Positions 12,561-25,083 of a DNA stretch of 64,000 bases are shown here, in pieces. The DNA is from Octopus sinensis (lineage: Eukaryota). Below the pieces are notes generated by a model. The model saw only the letters and a list, made by a program, of their open reading frames with translations. It had not been told where the DNA came from and searched no databases. The DNA is taken from NCBI RefSeq assembly GCF_006345805.1, contig NC_043003.1, positions 94,612,001-94,676,000 on the forward strand, read 5' to 3'. The stretch's first letter is position 1; each line of letters starts with the position of its first letter. The translations under genes were made by a program, and so were the position numbers.

Positions 12561-12805
12561 TGGAGGCATGTGGCTTAGTGGTTAGGGTGTTGGACTCATG
12601 GTCGTAAGATTATGGTTTCAGTTCCTGGACCGGGCAATGTATTGTTTTTCTGAGCAACACACTTCATTTCACATTGTTCCAGTTCACTCAGCTGGCAAAA
12701 ATGAGTGATCCTGCAACAGACTGGCATCTTGTCTGGGTGGGGACTTTATACCCCAGGAAGCCAGGGAACTGGCCCTTATGAACCATGACACAAGAAGATA
12801 ACTTT
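12561..12805 (+). mobile_element. tRNA-derived SINE family C
   Basis: TGGCTTAGTGGTTAGG A-box, GGTTTCAGTTCC B-box-like, TGAGCAACACACTTCATTTCAC body. Confidence 0.85.
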
Positions 12806-12885
12806 ACCTTTTTTTTACATGTCCCCACACACACGTGCACATACATATATATACATATACACATATACATACACATATATGCATA

Positions 12886-13295
12886 TACTCTTTACTCTTT
12901 TACTTGTTTCAGTCATTTGGCTGCGGCCATCCTGGAGCACCGGCTTTAGTCGAGTAAATCGACCCCGGGACTTATTCTTTGTAAGCCAAGTACTTATTCA
13001 ATCAGTCTCTTTTGCCGAACCGCTAAGTGACGGGGACGTAAACACGCCAGCATCGGTTGTCAAGCAATGCTTGGGGAACAAATACAGACACACAAACATA
13101 TACACACACATACATATATACACATATATACATATATACGACAGGCTTCTTTCAGTTTCCACCTACCAAATCAACTCACAAGGCTTTGGTCGGCCCAGGG
13201 CTATAGCAGAAGACACTTGCCCAAGATGCCACGCAGTGGGACTTAACCCAGAACCATGTGGTTCGTAAGCAAGCTACTTACCACACAACCACTCC
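12886..13295 (-). mobile_element. Full-length SINE family A
   Basis: Reverse complement of the 20711-21126 consensus, from head to (AAGAGTA)n tail. Confidence 0.92.
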
Positions 13296-13954
13296 ATATG
13301 TGTATATCTATGAGTGTTTGCGTTTGTATATCTGTTTGTCCCCCTAACAACTAGAACTGGTTTACTTATATCCTTGTAACTTAGCCGTTTGGCAAAAAGA
13401 TATTGATAGAATAAGTACCAGGCTTTGGAAAAGAAGACTAAATACCGAGGTTGGTTAATTTGACTAAAATTCTACAAAGTAGTGCCCCAGCATGACCACA
13501 GTCTAAAACAAGTAAAAAGGTAATCAATTCCCAATTTCATATTTCAAACAGCCAGAAATCTAAACACATTAAAACATAGAAAGTAATTATAAAAAGTTTA
13601 CAGAGGATGATATACCTCCTTTTGTTTAATTGATGTCAGAAAGCAACAGAGTGCAATATCAAAAATAATTTAATCAAATAAAAATAATTACTTACTGTCC
13701 AACATAAGGAAAAAAATTTAGCAAGATGATATAAAGCAGCTTTAGTTATTTATGGCAGTTTAAGTTAGAATGATTTATCTAAATCTCAGATAGAATACAG
13801 AATAAATCTAATTATTCTTGTACTACAGGAGTAACTTTGTATGTAGGGTTTTTTCATTGCAAAATGAAATACAAAATTAATGTTAAATGTCCATTGTTAG
13901 ATGAATAGATTTGGTAGTGAGAGCCTGAAAGAAACTCATCAATAACATACAAGA

Positions 13955-14320
13955 TGCATTCAAAAGGTATCCAACTTTATGTTTTACTGCCAAAACTAAT
14001 GTCAGTTCCTGGCTGTTGTTATGCCTAAGAGTACAGACATGTAGTGCACACTCATCCGATTTTCATTTTTATGTAAGATGACTGAAGGCACTGAGCAGAG
14101 AAATTACATCAAGTTTTGCCAAAAGATTGGTGATACTCAAGCTCAAACCATAGAGAAGATTCAGCAGGCTTTTGGCAATGATGCCATGAGCAAAACTCAG
14201 ATCAAGGAGTAGCACCGCTACTTCAAACATGGCTACACCTGTGGAGAGTGAGGCTCAGGCAGTTCACCCACAAGCCAAAACAAGGAGCCAATTGAAAAGG
14301 TTTGGTGAATAGTCATTCAA
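13955..14320 (+). pseudogene. Mariner-type transposase 5' fragment with left end
   Basis: From ATG 14078: MTEGTEQRNYIKFCQKIGDTQAQTIEKIQQAFGNDAMSKTQIKE*HRYFKHG, a mariner N-terminal HTH pattern with an in-frame stop. A related left-end fragment occurs at ~44480-44540. Confidence 0.8.
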
Positions 14321-16532
14321 GACCATCATGGAAATTATTGGTCGAAGGCGGTGAGCTGGCAGAAACATTAGCACGCCGGGCGAAATGCTCAGCAGTATTT
14401 CGTCTGTCTGTGTGTGTGCATGCTTGTGTGTGTGCATGCTTGTGTGTGTGTGTGTGCCTGTGTGTGTGTCATACAAGTAGTGTAATTCATTTCTAGTCTT
14501 CAATGGGAAGAATGTCAAGCCAAGGGTAAATATTGCCTTATTGAGAAGCAAGTGAGGGTTGACAACAGGAAGGGTATCCAGCTGTAGAAAATCTATCTCA
14601 ACAAATTCCATCTGACCCATGCAAGCATAGAAAAGTAATCGACAAAGCAATGATGATGATGACAACAGGGATGATATAGTTTTAGAAGGAAGTAGCTAAA
14701 ATGCTTGCAAACTCCAAATAATCCACATGGCTCATTGCCATTACTTATCAACACTTTATGTAGCATCAGATAAGCGACAAACTTTCCCTTGAAGAGAGCA
14801 TTAACATACTTCGGGTAACCTTTCTCACTGAAAAATTTGAACTCTGTACTGCAAACTAACGAATCAAAACAACATGTTGATGAGGTTGCTATTGTAGAGA
14901 GGATTGCTTAGATCCTATCTAGCATCATCTATTTACAGCCAATTAGACTAAGTTGTTTGAGAATTAATTGTGTCATCACTGATACATTGACAATGCATAA
15001 ACTACTTTTCTCTCATCTGGTTATTGGCAAGCCAATCAACTTAGATGTTCATGTGCTCTCAGGGAGTAGACCTGCAGACTATATGTCTAATATTATAAGT
15101 TCATGTTTCTAAAATCAGATTTGTCTTTCATCTTTCCTGGGTTAATGAAATAATTAACAGGAATTAGTACTAATAGCATAATATGATTTAGATATAATCA
15201 AAAGAAATGAATTGTCTTGAAAACAGATGGAGGTATGTTGATCTGACACGTAATTTAAATCTTATCAATATTAATTTCCTTTCAACCGTTAAGATGGAAG
15301 AAATACTCGAAAGCCTGACTAAAAGCCTTTTCAGAATTTTGTATATATTTTGCTCTATTTTTGTGTTCAAATCCTATCAGAGTTGACTTCAAAATTTTAT
15401 TTCACAACAATCAATAAAACAGGTTCGATACATATACTATAGTTGATTCAACAAACTACCACCATTTTAAAATTTGTAACCTTCTGGTTCATGTGAGAAA
15501 CTAATATCAATTGCTTTAAACACGATACAAGGAAAATATTTTTATATTAAACGTATGACACACAAAAAGGCACCCATGTTGGTGACAGGTAAAAGACACT
15601 TGTGCCAGTAACACATAAAAGGCACCTGGGCTGGTGACATAAAAGCACCTGAGCCAGTGACATGTAAAAAGCACCCAGTACACTTTATGGAGTAGTTGGC
15701 ATTAGGAATGGCATCCAGCCATAGAAACCAAACTAAAACAGACTGGAACCTGGTGCAGCTCTCCAGCTTATCCAGTTCCAGTCAAACTGTCTAACCCATG
15801 CCAGCATGGAAAATGGAAATAACAGTTTGGCAAAAGAGACTGTTAGAATATAAGTATCAGGCTTTAAAAATAAGTACTGGGTTAATTTGTTCAGCTAAAC
15901 CCTTCAAGGTGCTGCCTCAGAATGTCTGCAGTTCAATGACTGAAGCAAGTAAAACATAAAAGATGGAAGATGAAAGAAAGAATTGGTAAAACAGATGTGA
16001 AATGATGATAACCCATATAAGTTGTACAGAATGTTTCATTTAAAATTGCTTATGGGAAGTTTTATCATGTTTTTCCTTTAATAAATAAGCTGTGATTTCA
16101 ACTAAACCAGATGTGAAATTTTATATCAAGATTTCTAGACAAAAAAATATCTTGTTTGAAGAATCTATCATATGTGGGACTTTTGATTTGACATTTGATT
16201 TGAAGTGTACCCACCCAGATGATATAACTTTCTTTGAGATTGTCAGTTCATGTTTAAAGCTGCAAATGAACGTTTGCAGATAGCAGAATGATAGATAATA
16301 CGAGCAAGTATAAATTATCAAATCTCCACTTATTTCACATAAAGTGTAATTCTAGGTATTTCATTTCATTAACTATGATTTATGAGGTATGCGCACTTGT
16401 GCATGTATGTGTAGGAAAAATTTCTTCATATGCTGATTTTTTTTTAATCTTCTGCTTGTTTCAGTCACTAGAGTGTGGCCATGCTGGGGCACTGCCTTGA
16501 AGAATTTTTAATCAAATGAATCAAATTCACTA

Positions 16533-16576
<44 letters not shown>

Positions 16577-16999
16577 AGTAGTTGAATGAATTATCTTATT
16601 AAGGATAATTCGAAAGATAACCGATACCTGGGTAGCAAATTCACATCAGAAAGAACACGGTTGAAGCTACATCCGTAGGGCATAGACTACGTGTCTTCAT
16701 GCGGAAATGTTTATTTTAAAATTATAAGTATATGAAAGAATGGAGTTGAACGACTAGTTAACAAATATCCTTTATTCTCGACATATATATATATATATAT
16801 ATATTTCATATATATACTACAAAATTAGAGAATGGAGAAACATACTTAAATCAATAAAACATCAACTATCAGATGATACCCAATCAATACTTTAATACAC
16901 CATTACATATCAGTAAAGGCATTATACAAAATATACAGTAAGAGTAAATAGACAAAGAGATATAAGTATAAAATTTCAAATATAATATGTAATTAAATC

Positions 17000-17115
17000 A
17001 AATCTGACAGCTGTTTCGGCAGTGAGGGCAGTCATACCTCATTTAACCTATAAGCCATAAAGGCAGGTATAAATGAGGCATTAACAAGGATGCCCCACGG
17101 CCTCTTCAGAGAATT
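17000..17115 (-). ncRNA. Type I hammerhead ribozyme with 85-nt extended stem II
   Basis: Minus: AATTCT-CTGAAGA-[GGC...85 nt...GCC]-GAAA-CagctG-TC-AGATTT. Stem II pairs GGC/GCC, GTG/CAC, GGGCA/TGCCC, GCCTCATTTA/TAAATGAGGT, ACCT/AGGT and GCC/GGC. Confidence 0.75.
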
Positions 17116-17451
17116 AAATTTGTTATAATTGTGAACAAGATTATTTAACCATATACATATAAATATAAAAATATAAAAATGTAAAATATAAAAACTTATA
17201 CATAAACTTGATAATGCTACACTTATATAATATAATACTCATTGGTACAATAATGGAAGGTAAACAGAACAAAATAAAACAAAATATATATCAGTGTATA
17301 TATTAATATTAATAAGCACCGATATTATACATATTTGGCTAATAGTTTTTAAAAAAAACTAACACATAGGGAGATGAAAAATAATAATTAAAACCATGGT
17401 TCAGTTCATAAAATTATAAAGCTATAAAAGTTAATAAAAATTACTATTAAT

Positions 17452-17482
<31 letters not shown>

Positions 17483-18285
17483 GATACAGTTATGTTTGCA
17501 CCAAGTCCATCCTTTCAAGATCGAAATAACTATGAGTTTAGAAATACTGACCACTAGGTAATGATAATTTAGATTAATTCGATTGGCTATTGGTTTGAAA
17601 TTTAAATCACAAAAGAAATGATACGGTTGGTTAGTCAAGGAACGCCAATATTCACATGCGCATCTACAGATCAATCGCACATACACACATAATTATATGT
17701 ATACACATACACTTATACACATACATAACCACAAGCAACAACTAGCACATAGATAAACAAAAAGGGAAGCAACTATGCTGCCATTTAGTCCTTCAAAATT
17801 ATAACTATGCCTCAAATAACGAAAATGATCCACTCATGCATTTCATAAAATATTTAATTTATAGATAGAAATATATTTTTAAATATCAGTTGGGTAACTT
17901 AAAATTTATAACACCGGTTTGTTGCATAGTAAACATACGGTTAGATTTACCGTAAGTTTGTTATGATTCCAAGTACGCTAAGTTATAAAATATAAAATAT
18001 ATATTAATTTATATATTATAAATAAATCTCTTATTTACTTAATAAATTTAATGTCATAATATACCAGTTTAGGCATTAAATAATAGAAGGGGAAGTACTA
18101 ATGCAAACGCATATGAGAACATCACAGAAATTTTTAAAAAATTTATATTATAAATACTTAAGATAAAATGTGATAAAATAATAAGAAGGAATAAATACGA
18201 AGGAATAAATACGGTTATACACATATTATAAGTACAAACCAGTATATATGTATTCATATATTATTAAAATAAAATAAAAATAAAT

Positions 18286-18511
18286 GAGCGCAATGGCCTA
18301 GTGGTTAGGGCAGCGGACTTGCGGTCGGAGGATCGCGGTTTCGATTCCCAGACCGGGCGTTGTGTGTGTTTATTGAGCGAAAAAACACCTAAAAGCTCCA
18401 CGAGGCTCCGGCAGGAGGTGGTGATCCCTGCTGTACTCTTTCACCACTCTAAAGGCGGTGCTCCAGCATGGCCGCAGTCAAATGACTGAAACAAGTACAA
18501 AAAAAAAAAAA
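18286..18511 (+). mobile_element. Chimeric SINE: tRNA-Arg-like family D head fused to family A tail
   Basis: GCGCAATGGCCTAGTGGTTAGG...GGTTTCGATTCCCAGACCGGGCG head, then AAAGGCGGTGCTCCAGCATGGCCGCAGTCAAATGACTGAAACAAGT and poly(A); junction near 18449. Confidence 0.85.
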
Positions 18512-18889
18512 TGTATAAAACTACCCTTGTATAAGTAAATAAGTAAAAAATAAATAGATAACAAATTAGATGACTTGATATGTATGTAAAAATCTACACT
18601 TAAATAAGCAAATAAATAAATAATTAGAAAACTAAATGCAGAGATTGATAACATTACAATAAAATTAAAAAATAAATAAAGTGAATATATATGTTATATT
18701 GATGAAAGTAAATATGTATGGAAGGATAATTTAAAGTACAAATCCAGAGGACTATAGATATAAACTAAATATATAAGGCTGGTAATATTTATAAAGCCAA
18801 ATGTATGTAAATGAAAAAAAAAAAAATGAAAAAGGTTTATTAGTAAATAGCATAAGATACAAATATATATATCTTACATATTTTTACAT

Positions 18890-19205
18890 AATTTTTACTT
18901 CTTTTATCTGTGTCTTTTGCCTAGCTGTTACATTACAGGGATATAAATACATCAACACCAGTTGTCAAGTGGTGATGGGGACAGAAAAACACTACCACAC
19001 ACACACACACACATACATACACACTCACAAAAGCAGACAGGCACACACACACAATTGACAGTCTTCTTTCAGTTTCCATCTATCAAATCCACTGACAAGG
19101 TTTTTTTGTCGGCTCTGGTCTATAGCAGAAGACACTTGCCCAAGGTTCCACACAATGGAACTGAACCCAACACCATGTGGTTGGGAAACAAACTTCTTAC
19201 CACCT
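18890..19205 (-). mobile_element. Degenerate SINE family A
   Basis: TCTTCTTTCAGTTTCC..AAATCCACT..AAGACACTTGCCCAAGG motifs. Confidence 0.75.
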
Positions 19206-19309
19206 CCACCTAATGTTGAGTAAAGTAACTTTTTGACTGGCTTTTCTTTTCTTTGTTTTGTAAATATTCTATTTAGTAAAAAGTAAAAAATATTTCATTG
19301 AATGCATCA

Positions 19310-20001
19310 TCATCATCATCATCATCATCATCATTGCTTAACATCTGCTTTCCATGCTGGCATTGGTTGGACGGTTTGACTGAAAACTGGTAGGCTTGGT
19401 GGGCTGCACCAGGTTCCAATCCGATTTGGCAAGGTTTCTACGGCTGGATGCCATTCCTAATGCCAACCACTCTGAGAGTGTAATGGGTGCTTTCTACATA
19501 CCACCGGCATGAGTACCATTGACTTGAGACTAATAGCAGTCATGACTATGGTCTCACTTGGCTTGATAGGTCAACACTAGCATGGTATATTGTCAAGGGT
19601 CTTGCTCACCTGTCACTACCTCCATGAGGCCTAATGCTCAAATGGTGCTTTTCACGTGCCACTGGCATGGATACCAGACAGATGGCACTGGCATTGGCAA
19701 CAAGTACAATTTCACTTGGTTAAACAGGTCTTCACAAACACAGCATATCACCCAACGATTGAAGGGTGCTTTTAACGGGCCAGTTACATAACACTGGCAT
19801 CGGCCACAACTATGATCTCACTCGGCTTGGCGTCACTGTCTCCATGAGGCCCAACACACAAATGGTGCTTTTTATGTACCACCAGCATGGGTGCCAGTCA
19901 GACGGCACTGGCATCAGCCATGACTATGATTTCACTTGGTTCGACAGGTCTTCACAAGCGCAACATATCACCCAAAAATTGAAGGGTACGTTTAACGGGC
20001 C
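19310..20001 (-). mobile_element. Long family B (RTE tail) element with internal ~221-bp tandem duplication (19611-19783 / 19832-20001)
   Basis: (CAT)n then TTAACATCTGCTTTCCATGCTGG...; repeated ctccatgaggcc...tcacttggtt.acaggtcttcacaa...tttaacgggcca. Confidence 0.8.
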
Positions 20002-20370
20002 ACAACAACTTAAATAGTGATAATTGTATCTGAGTAAGGCAGAAGGCCAAAAATTTTGAATGGTAGAGAATAGATGATAACACTGAGCCAAGTATTTGAC
20101 AGGTGCTTTATTTCATATGAATATCACCAATATGACCAATGGAAAATCACTTTGGACTTGTTTGTTGTGGTAATCTATAATGTTTTATCTTTTATCTACT
20201 ATTTGGACTGTTGCCCTACCAGAGATTCACCTAGAAGGATTTAGTCAAACTAATCAACCACAATCCCTATGGTTTTTCTTAAGTTTGATATTTATTCTAT
20301 CAGTCTCTTTTACCAAACCACTAAGTTACAGAAACGTAACTAAACCAGCATGGTGGGGTGGCAAGTAACA

Positions 20371-20420
<50 letters not shown>

Positions 20421-20710
20421 TACACACTCAGACATACCTACACCTGCACCCCCACACACACAGAAACACACACAAACACATATACACATATACACATATA
20501 CACACACATATGCATAGAAAGGGCTTCCACTGTTTCTGTCTACTAAATTCACTCAAAAGGTATTGGTCATGTAGCAATATAGCTGAAATCACTTACCTAA
20601 AATGTCCCACAGTGAAACTGAACTTGAAACCACATATCTGCTGAGCAACCTTCTCAACCACACAGCTGTGCTTGTTTTGTGGAAGCTTTTTCATACTATA
20701 TGCAGGTATA

Positions 20711-21126
20711 GGCGTAGGAGTGGCTGTGTGGTAAGTAGCTTGCTTACCAACCACATGGTTCCAAGTTCAGTCCCACTGCGTGACACCTTGGCCAAGTGTC
20801 TTCTACTATAGCCTTGGGCTGGCCAAAGCCTTGTGAGTGGATTTGGTAGATGGAAACTGAAAGAAGCCCATCGTATATATATATATATATGCGTGTGTGT
20901 ATATGTTTGTATGTCTGTGTTTGTCCCCCCCCCCCAACAACTAATGCTGGTGTGTTTATGTCCCTGTAACTTAGCGGTTCAGCAAAATAGACTGATAGAA
21001 TAAGTACTAGGCTTACAAAGAATAAGTCCTGGGGTCAATGTGCTCAACTAAAGGCGGTGCTCCAGCTTGGCCACAGTCAAATGACTCAAACAAGCAAAAG
21101 AGTAAAAAGTGTAAGAGTAAAAGAGT
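20711..21126 (+). mobile_element. Full-length tRNA-derived SINE family A
   Basis: GGCGTAGGAGTGGCTGTGTGGTAAG head, internal (TA/TG)n, GGCGGTGCTCCAGC...(AAGAGTA)n tail. Confidence 0.92.
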
Positions 21127-21423
21127 AGGCTCGATAGGGTTAATGGCACAAAATTTGATTTAGATAAATACGCTAAGAAACAAAAATTAATAAAAACAAA
21201 GGAAGCAATTATTTCATATTAGATTTTAAAGTAGTGATAAAGTAATTATACCAAGCAGAGACTTTTTAACTCAATTAGCAAGACCAAATGGAATGCGTAA
21301 ATTATGGAAAGGTTTGGAAAATATTATAAACGTATTAGATTAATACTTAAAATTGAGCTAAATGCCTCAAATAAGCTAAGTATAGATCCACTACATATTT
21401 TTGTTAGTGCATTATAGTTATAA

Positions 21424-21860
21424 TATTCTCAATTGGTTGTAAAGAGAATTTGTGAGAAAAGAGTATAATGAAAGCATTTAGAATATCCTATCCAAGAGGC
21501 AAAAGAGAATGATTACATTTATGATAGACACAAGGGAAATAAACATATTCTGCAATTAGAAAATTACTATGAAATACCCAAAGTAAGACTATAAAAATAT
21601 CTGGAAATGAATTCTAAATATAAGCAAATAGGTAATGGTAATCTGTTCTTGTAATTTATTACAGTTTGGGTATTCTCAATTGGTAGTTAAGTTGAAATGT
21701 AAGAGAAAATATAATGGTAGCATTTAGAATATATGATCCATAGGCAAAAGAGAAAGTTATTTATCATGGACACAAGAGAGACAAAAATATTCTGCATTTC
21801 AAAAACTTCTATAAAGTACCTATACTACGACTACAAAAATATCAAGAATAGGAAATTAGT
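21424..21860 (+). repeat. Diverged tandem duplication, period 247 bp
   Basis: tattctcaattggt...agcatttagaatat...aggcaaaagagaa...gacacaag...atattctgca occurs at 21424 and 21671. Confidence 0.7.
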
Positions 21861-22113
21861 ACAAATATGTAAAAACTAAGACAAAAGGAAAAGAATTATT
21901 TTAATTACATATCCAAAACAATTACTTTTTTTTCTTCTTTGATTTAGTCCCACTGTGTGGCACCTTGGGCAAGTGTCTTCTACTATATGCATATGTGACT
22001 CTCATATTCAAGGAAGTTAACAGATGTGGATGTATTATAGAAGCTGAAGTAACAACTCAGTGAAAAGGATCAAGTAACAGGAACAGACATTAATAGAAAA
22101 CTAAATTAAACTC

Positions 22114-22445
22114 GGAGATGTACTTGCATAGCAAGTGATTTGATCTGAGATCATGTGCTGAAACGAAAACAATTGCAGCATGGAAGGTGTTTGTAAGCCA
22201 TTTAAGAAACACACAAAAACCGTTTGATTCACTTCCACATTTAAGTTTAATTTGTCAAAATATTTTCATCACTTTAAGACCGCAACCTGTTCACTGTATG
22301 CAGCACAAATTTTTGTCAGTGAACAGGTCACGGTCTTAAAGCGACGAAAATATTTTGACAAATTAAACTTAAATGTTGAAGTGAATTGAACGGCTTTTGT
22401 GTGTTTCTTAAATGGTTTACAAACACCTTCCACGCTGCCATTGTT
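22114..22445 (-). mobile_element. Palindromic (fold-back) repeat, copy 1, flanked by an 11-bp direct repeat
   Basis: Arms of ~120 bp are reverse complements; AAATTAAACTC at 22103-22113 and 22446-22456. Strand inferred from the fixed left end. Confidence 0.85.
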
Positions 22446-23269
22446 AAATTAAACTCAGAAGCACAAAATGTTATGCTCAGACATAAACAAAACCATCACT
22501 TGATGAACTCATTTAGAAAAACAGAAGATAGAGAAAAGTCCCAATTTTGAATGAGAATTCCTAAAACAAGACTGAAAATAGGTTTAAATTCTTTAAAAAA
22601 TGGGTGTCTTAGAAATGATCTTAAAAGAAATATTGTAAAATAAATATTATTTTATCGACCCCAAAGAGGAAGAAATGCATAAGAGACCTTGGTGAGATCT
22701 GAACTTAGAATATAAATGGCTGGAACAAATACCACAATTTATCATTTTCAATGCTTTAATGATTCTGACAATAATAAATGATTGTTTCCAATGTGGGCAC
22801 AAACCCTCAAATTTAAACATGTGACTTGATGGTGCTTTATTTTATCAACATAGGAAGCATGAAGGATAAAGTTGACCTCAGTAAGGTCTGAACTCATCAT
22901 GTAAAGACCTGTAACTAAACACAGAAAGATATTTTGGTTTAAACTCCAATAATTCTACCAATTTTGATAATTTCTAACACAAGTACAAGGCCAGAAATTT
23001 TAGGTGAGGGTTTAGTTGATAAAATTGATTCTAGTAATTAACTGATAGTTTAATTTATTAACTCCAGAAAGATAACAAGCAAAATGGACCTTGACAGGAT
23101 ATAAACTCAGAATGTTCAGGACCAGAGCATTTTGTCCAATACTCTAATGATTTTGCCAATATAAATATATGAGAGACTGTCATCAAGGATTATCAGGATA
23201 TGCAGTGTCATTTGATTTACATATCACTTCCTACTGGCAATAATGTATCTTACAAAGAATTGGGAAAAA

Positions 23270-23546
23270 CGTTGCCAGTGCCACTGGACTGGCTCCTGTG
23301 CAGGTGGTGCATAAAAAGCATCATTTGGGCGTGGCCATTGCCAGTACCACCAAACTGGCCCTCGTGCCGGTGCATGTAAAAGCATCCACTACACTCTCAG
23401 AGTGGTTGGCATTAGGAAGGGCATCCAGCAGTAGAAACTCTGCCCAGATCAGATTGGAGTCTGGTTCGCCAGACCTCAGTCAAATTGTCCAACCCATGCT
23501 ACCATGGAAAGCGGACATTAAATGATGATGATGATGATGATGATGA
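23270..23546 (+). mobile_element. RTE-type 3' tail (family B)
   Basis: Same diagnostic motifs as 11760 and a (GAT)n tail. Confidence 0.88.
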
Positions 23547-23619
23547 TCTTGAGTATGAAGATCTAGAGAAAGATCTTGCCAGAAAATATGAACTGGAAAA
23601 CAAACAATTCCTATAACAA

Positions 23620-23990
23620 GTATGGTAGTGTGGTAAGAAGCTTGCCTTCTAAGCATATGATTTCAAGTTCAGTCCCTCAACATGTCAACTTGGGCAAATA
23701 TCTGCTACTATAGACTAGGAGCAAACAAAGCCTTGTGAGTGGATTCGGTAGACAAAAACTGATGGTAGCCCATTGTATATATATATCTATAAATGTATTT
23801 GTTTGTGTTTGCTTTATAACTGGTGTTGGTTTGGTTATGTCCCCTGAAACTTGATGATTCAGCCAAAAGAGACCAATAGAATAAGTACCAAGCCTAAAAA
23901 AAATAAGGACAATGGTCAATTTTTTTCAACTAAACCCTTGAAGACAACGGTCCGGCATGACTGCACTCCAATAACTGAAACAAGTAAAAG
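23620..23990 (+). mobile_element. Degenerate SINE family A
   Basis: Head, CAAAGCCTTGTGAGTGGATT body and TGAAACAAGTAAAAGA tail. Confidence 0.8.
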
Positions 23991-24901
23991 ATAAAGGATG
24001 AAAGATAATAGGTCCCTTCATAAAGATTAAAATGATGCAAGCAACTACATAACACAAACACAAGAACATACTCGTTTATACAACATACAGAAAACTTCAC
24101 ATATATTACTATGGAGTATTTTCAAGGTATGCAAAAAAAAATCATTAAGTACCAAAGATAAAATGAAACATTGTATGGACACAGGGCAAACAGATCTTTG
24201 CTTGGTTATGCAAAGAAAGCAGGTTATAAAAATATCACTACTGGAATACTAATAATAATTCTATAAAAGAAGCAATAAACTGACTATTTTATTGGCTGCT
24301 TTGCAGATCTTTGGCATTGTGGGGAAAATATTTTCCTTTAATTATGATGCTACACTGCTATGAATATTTCATTTCTTTGATGATATCAACCTGACATTTT
24401 TTTTTTGAGCTTTTTTGAATTTTTTTTTCTTTTTTTTTTCATTGGTGTCAACAGCATGATATATTGCTATTTATTTTAGTGGTGACTCTGTAAGATATTT
24501 TTAATACTCAGTTTGAGTATTTTTTGCAGTCATATCAATTGGTGCAGTATATAAACACACATATGCATATATATATGTATATGTATAAATAAATATATAT
24601 ATGTATATATATATATATATATATACATATATATATAAATATACATATATATATACATACATATATATATATGTATATATATAGATAAATATATACATAT
24701 ATACATATATATACATATATATATATATTTATGTTCATATATATATGTGTATATATGTATATATATATATATTATATATATATACAAAAGCAATAAAGAT
24801 TCAAGTTAATTTAAATGAATTTACTTGAATATGGTACCTAACTTAGATGCACCAAAAAAAACTATACTGTTTTAACAATACAGTAATGTGGGGTGATTAT
24901 A

Positions 24902-24975
24902 GCGAGAAAGAAGCAACAAGAATGGATAGGTTTTTAGTACAAAAAACCTATCCATTCTTGTTGCTTCTTTCTCGC
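24902..24975. repeat. Perfect 34-bp hairpin with 6-nt loop
   Basis: GCGAGAAAGAAGCAACAAGAATGGATAGGTTTTT-agtaca-AAAAACCTATCCATTCTTGTTGCTTCTTTCTCGC. Confidence 0.95.
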
Positions 24976-24976
24976 G

Positions 24977-25083
<107 letters not shown>

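Noticed and set aside
16570-16790. Structured repeat with GAATTATC/GATAATTC and CGTAG/CTACG hairpins, considered as a ribozyme
   Set aside because: Core reads CTGATGT...GAAT rather than CTGANGA...GAAA, and no other ribozyme class could be fitted by eye.
18286-18360. tRNA-Arg-like gene (also heads at 12561, 39661, 45062)
   Set aside because: A/B boxes are present but the acceptor stem is not formed and the sequence continues into SINE bodies.
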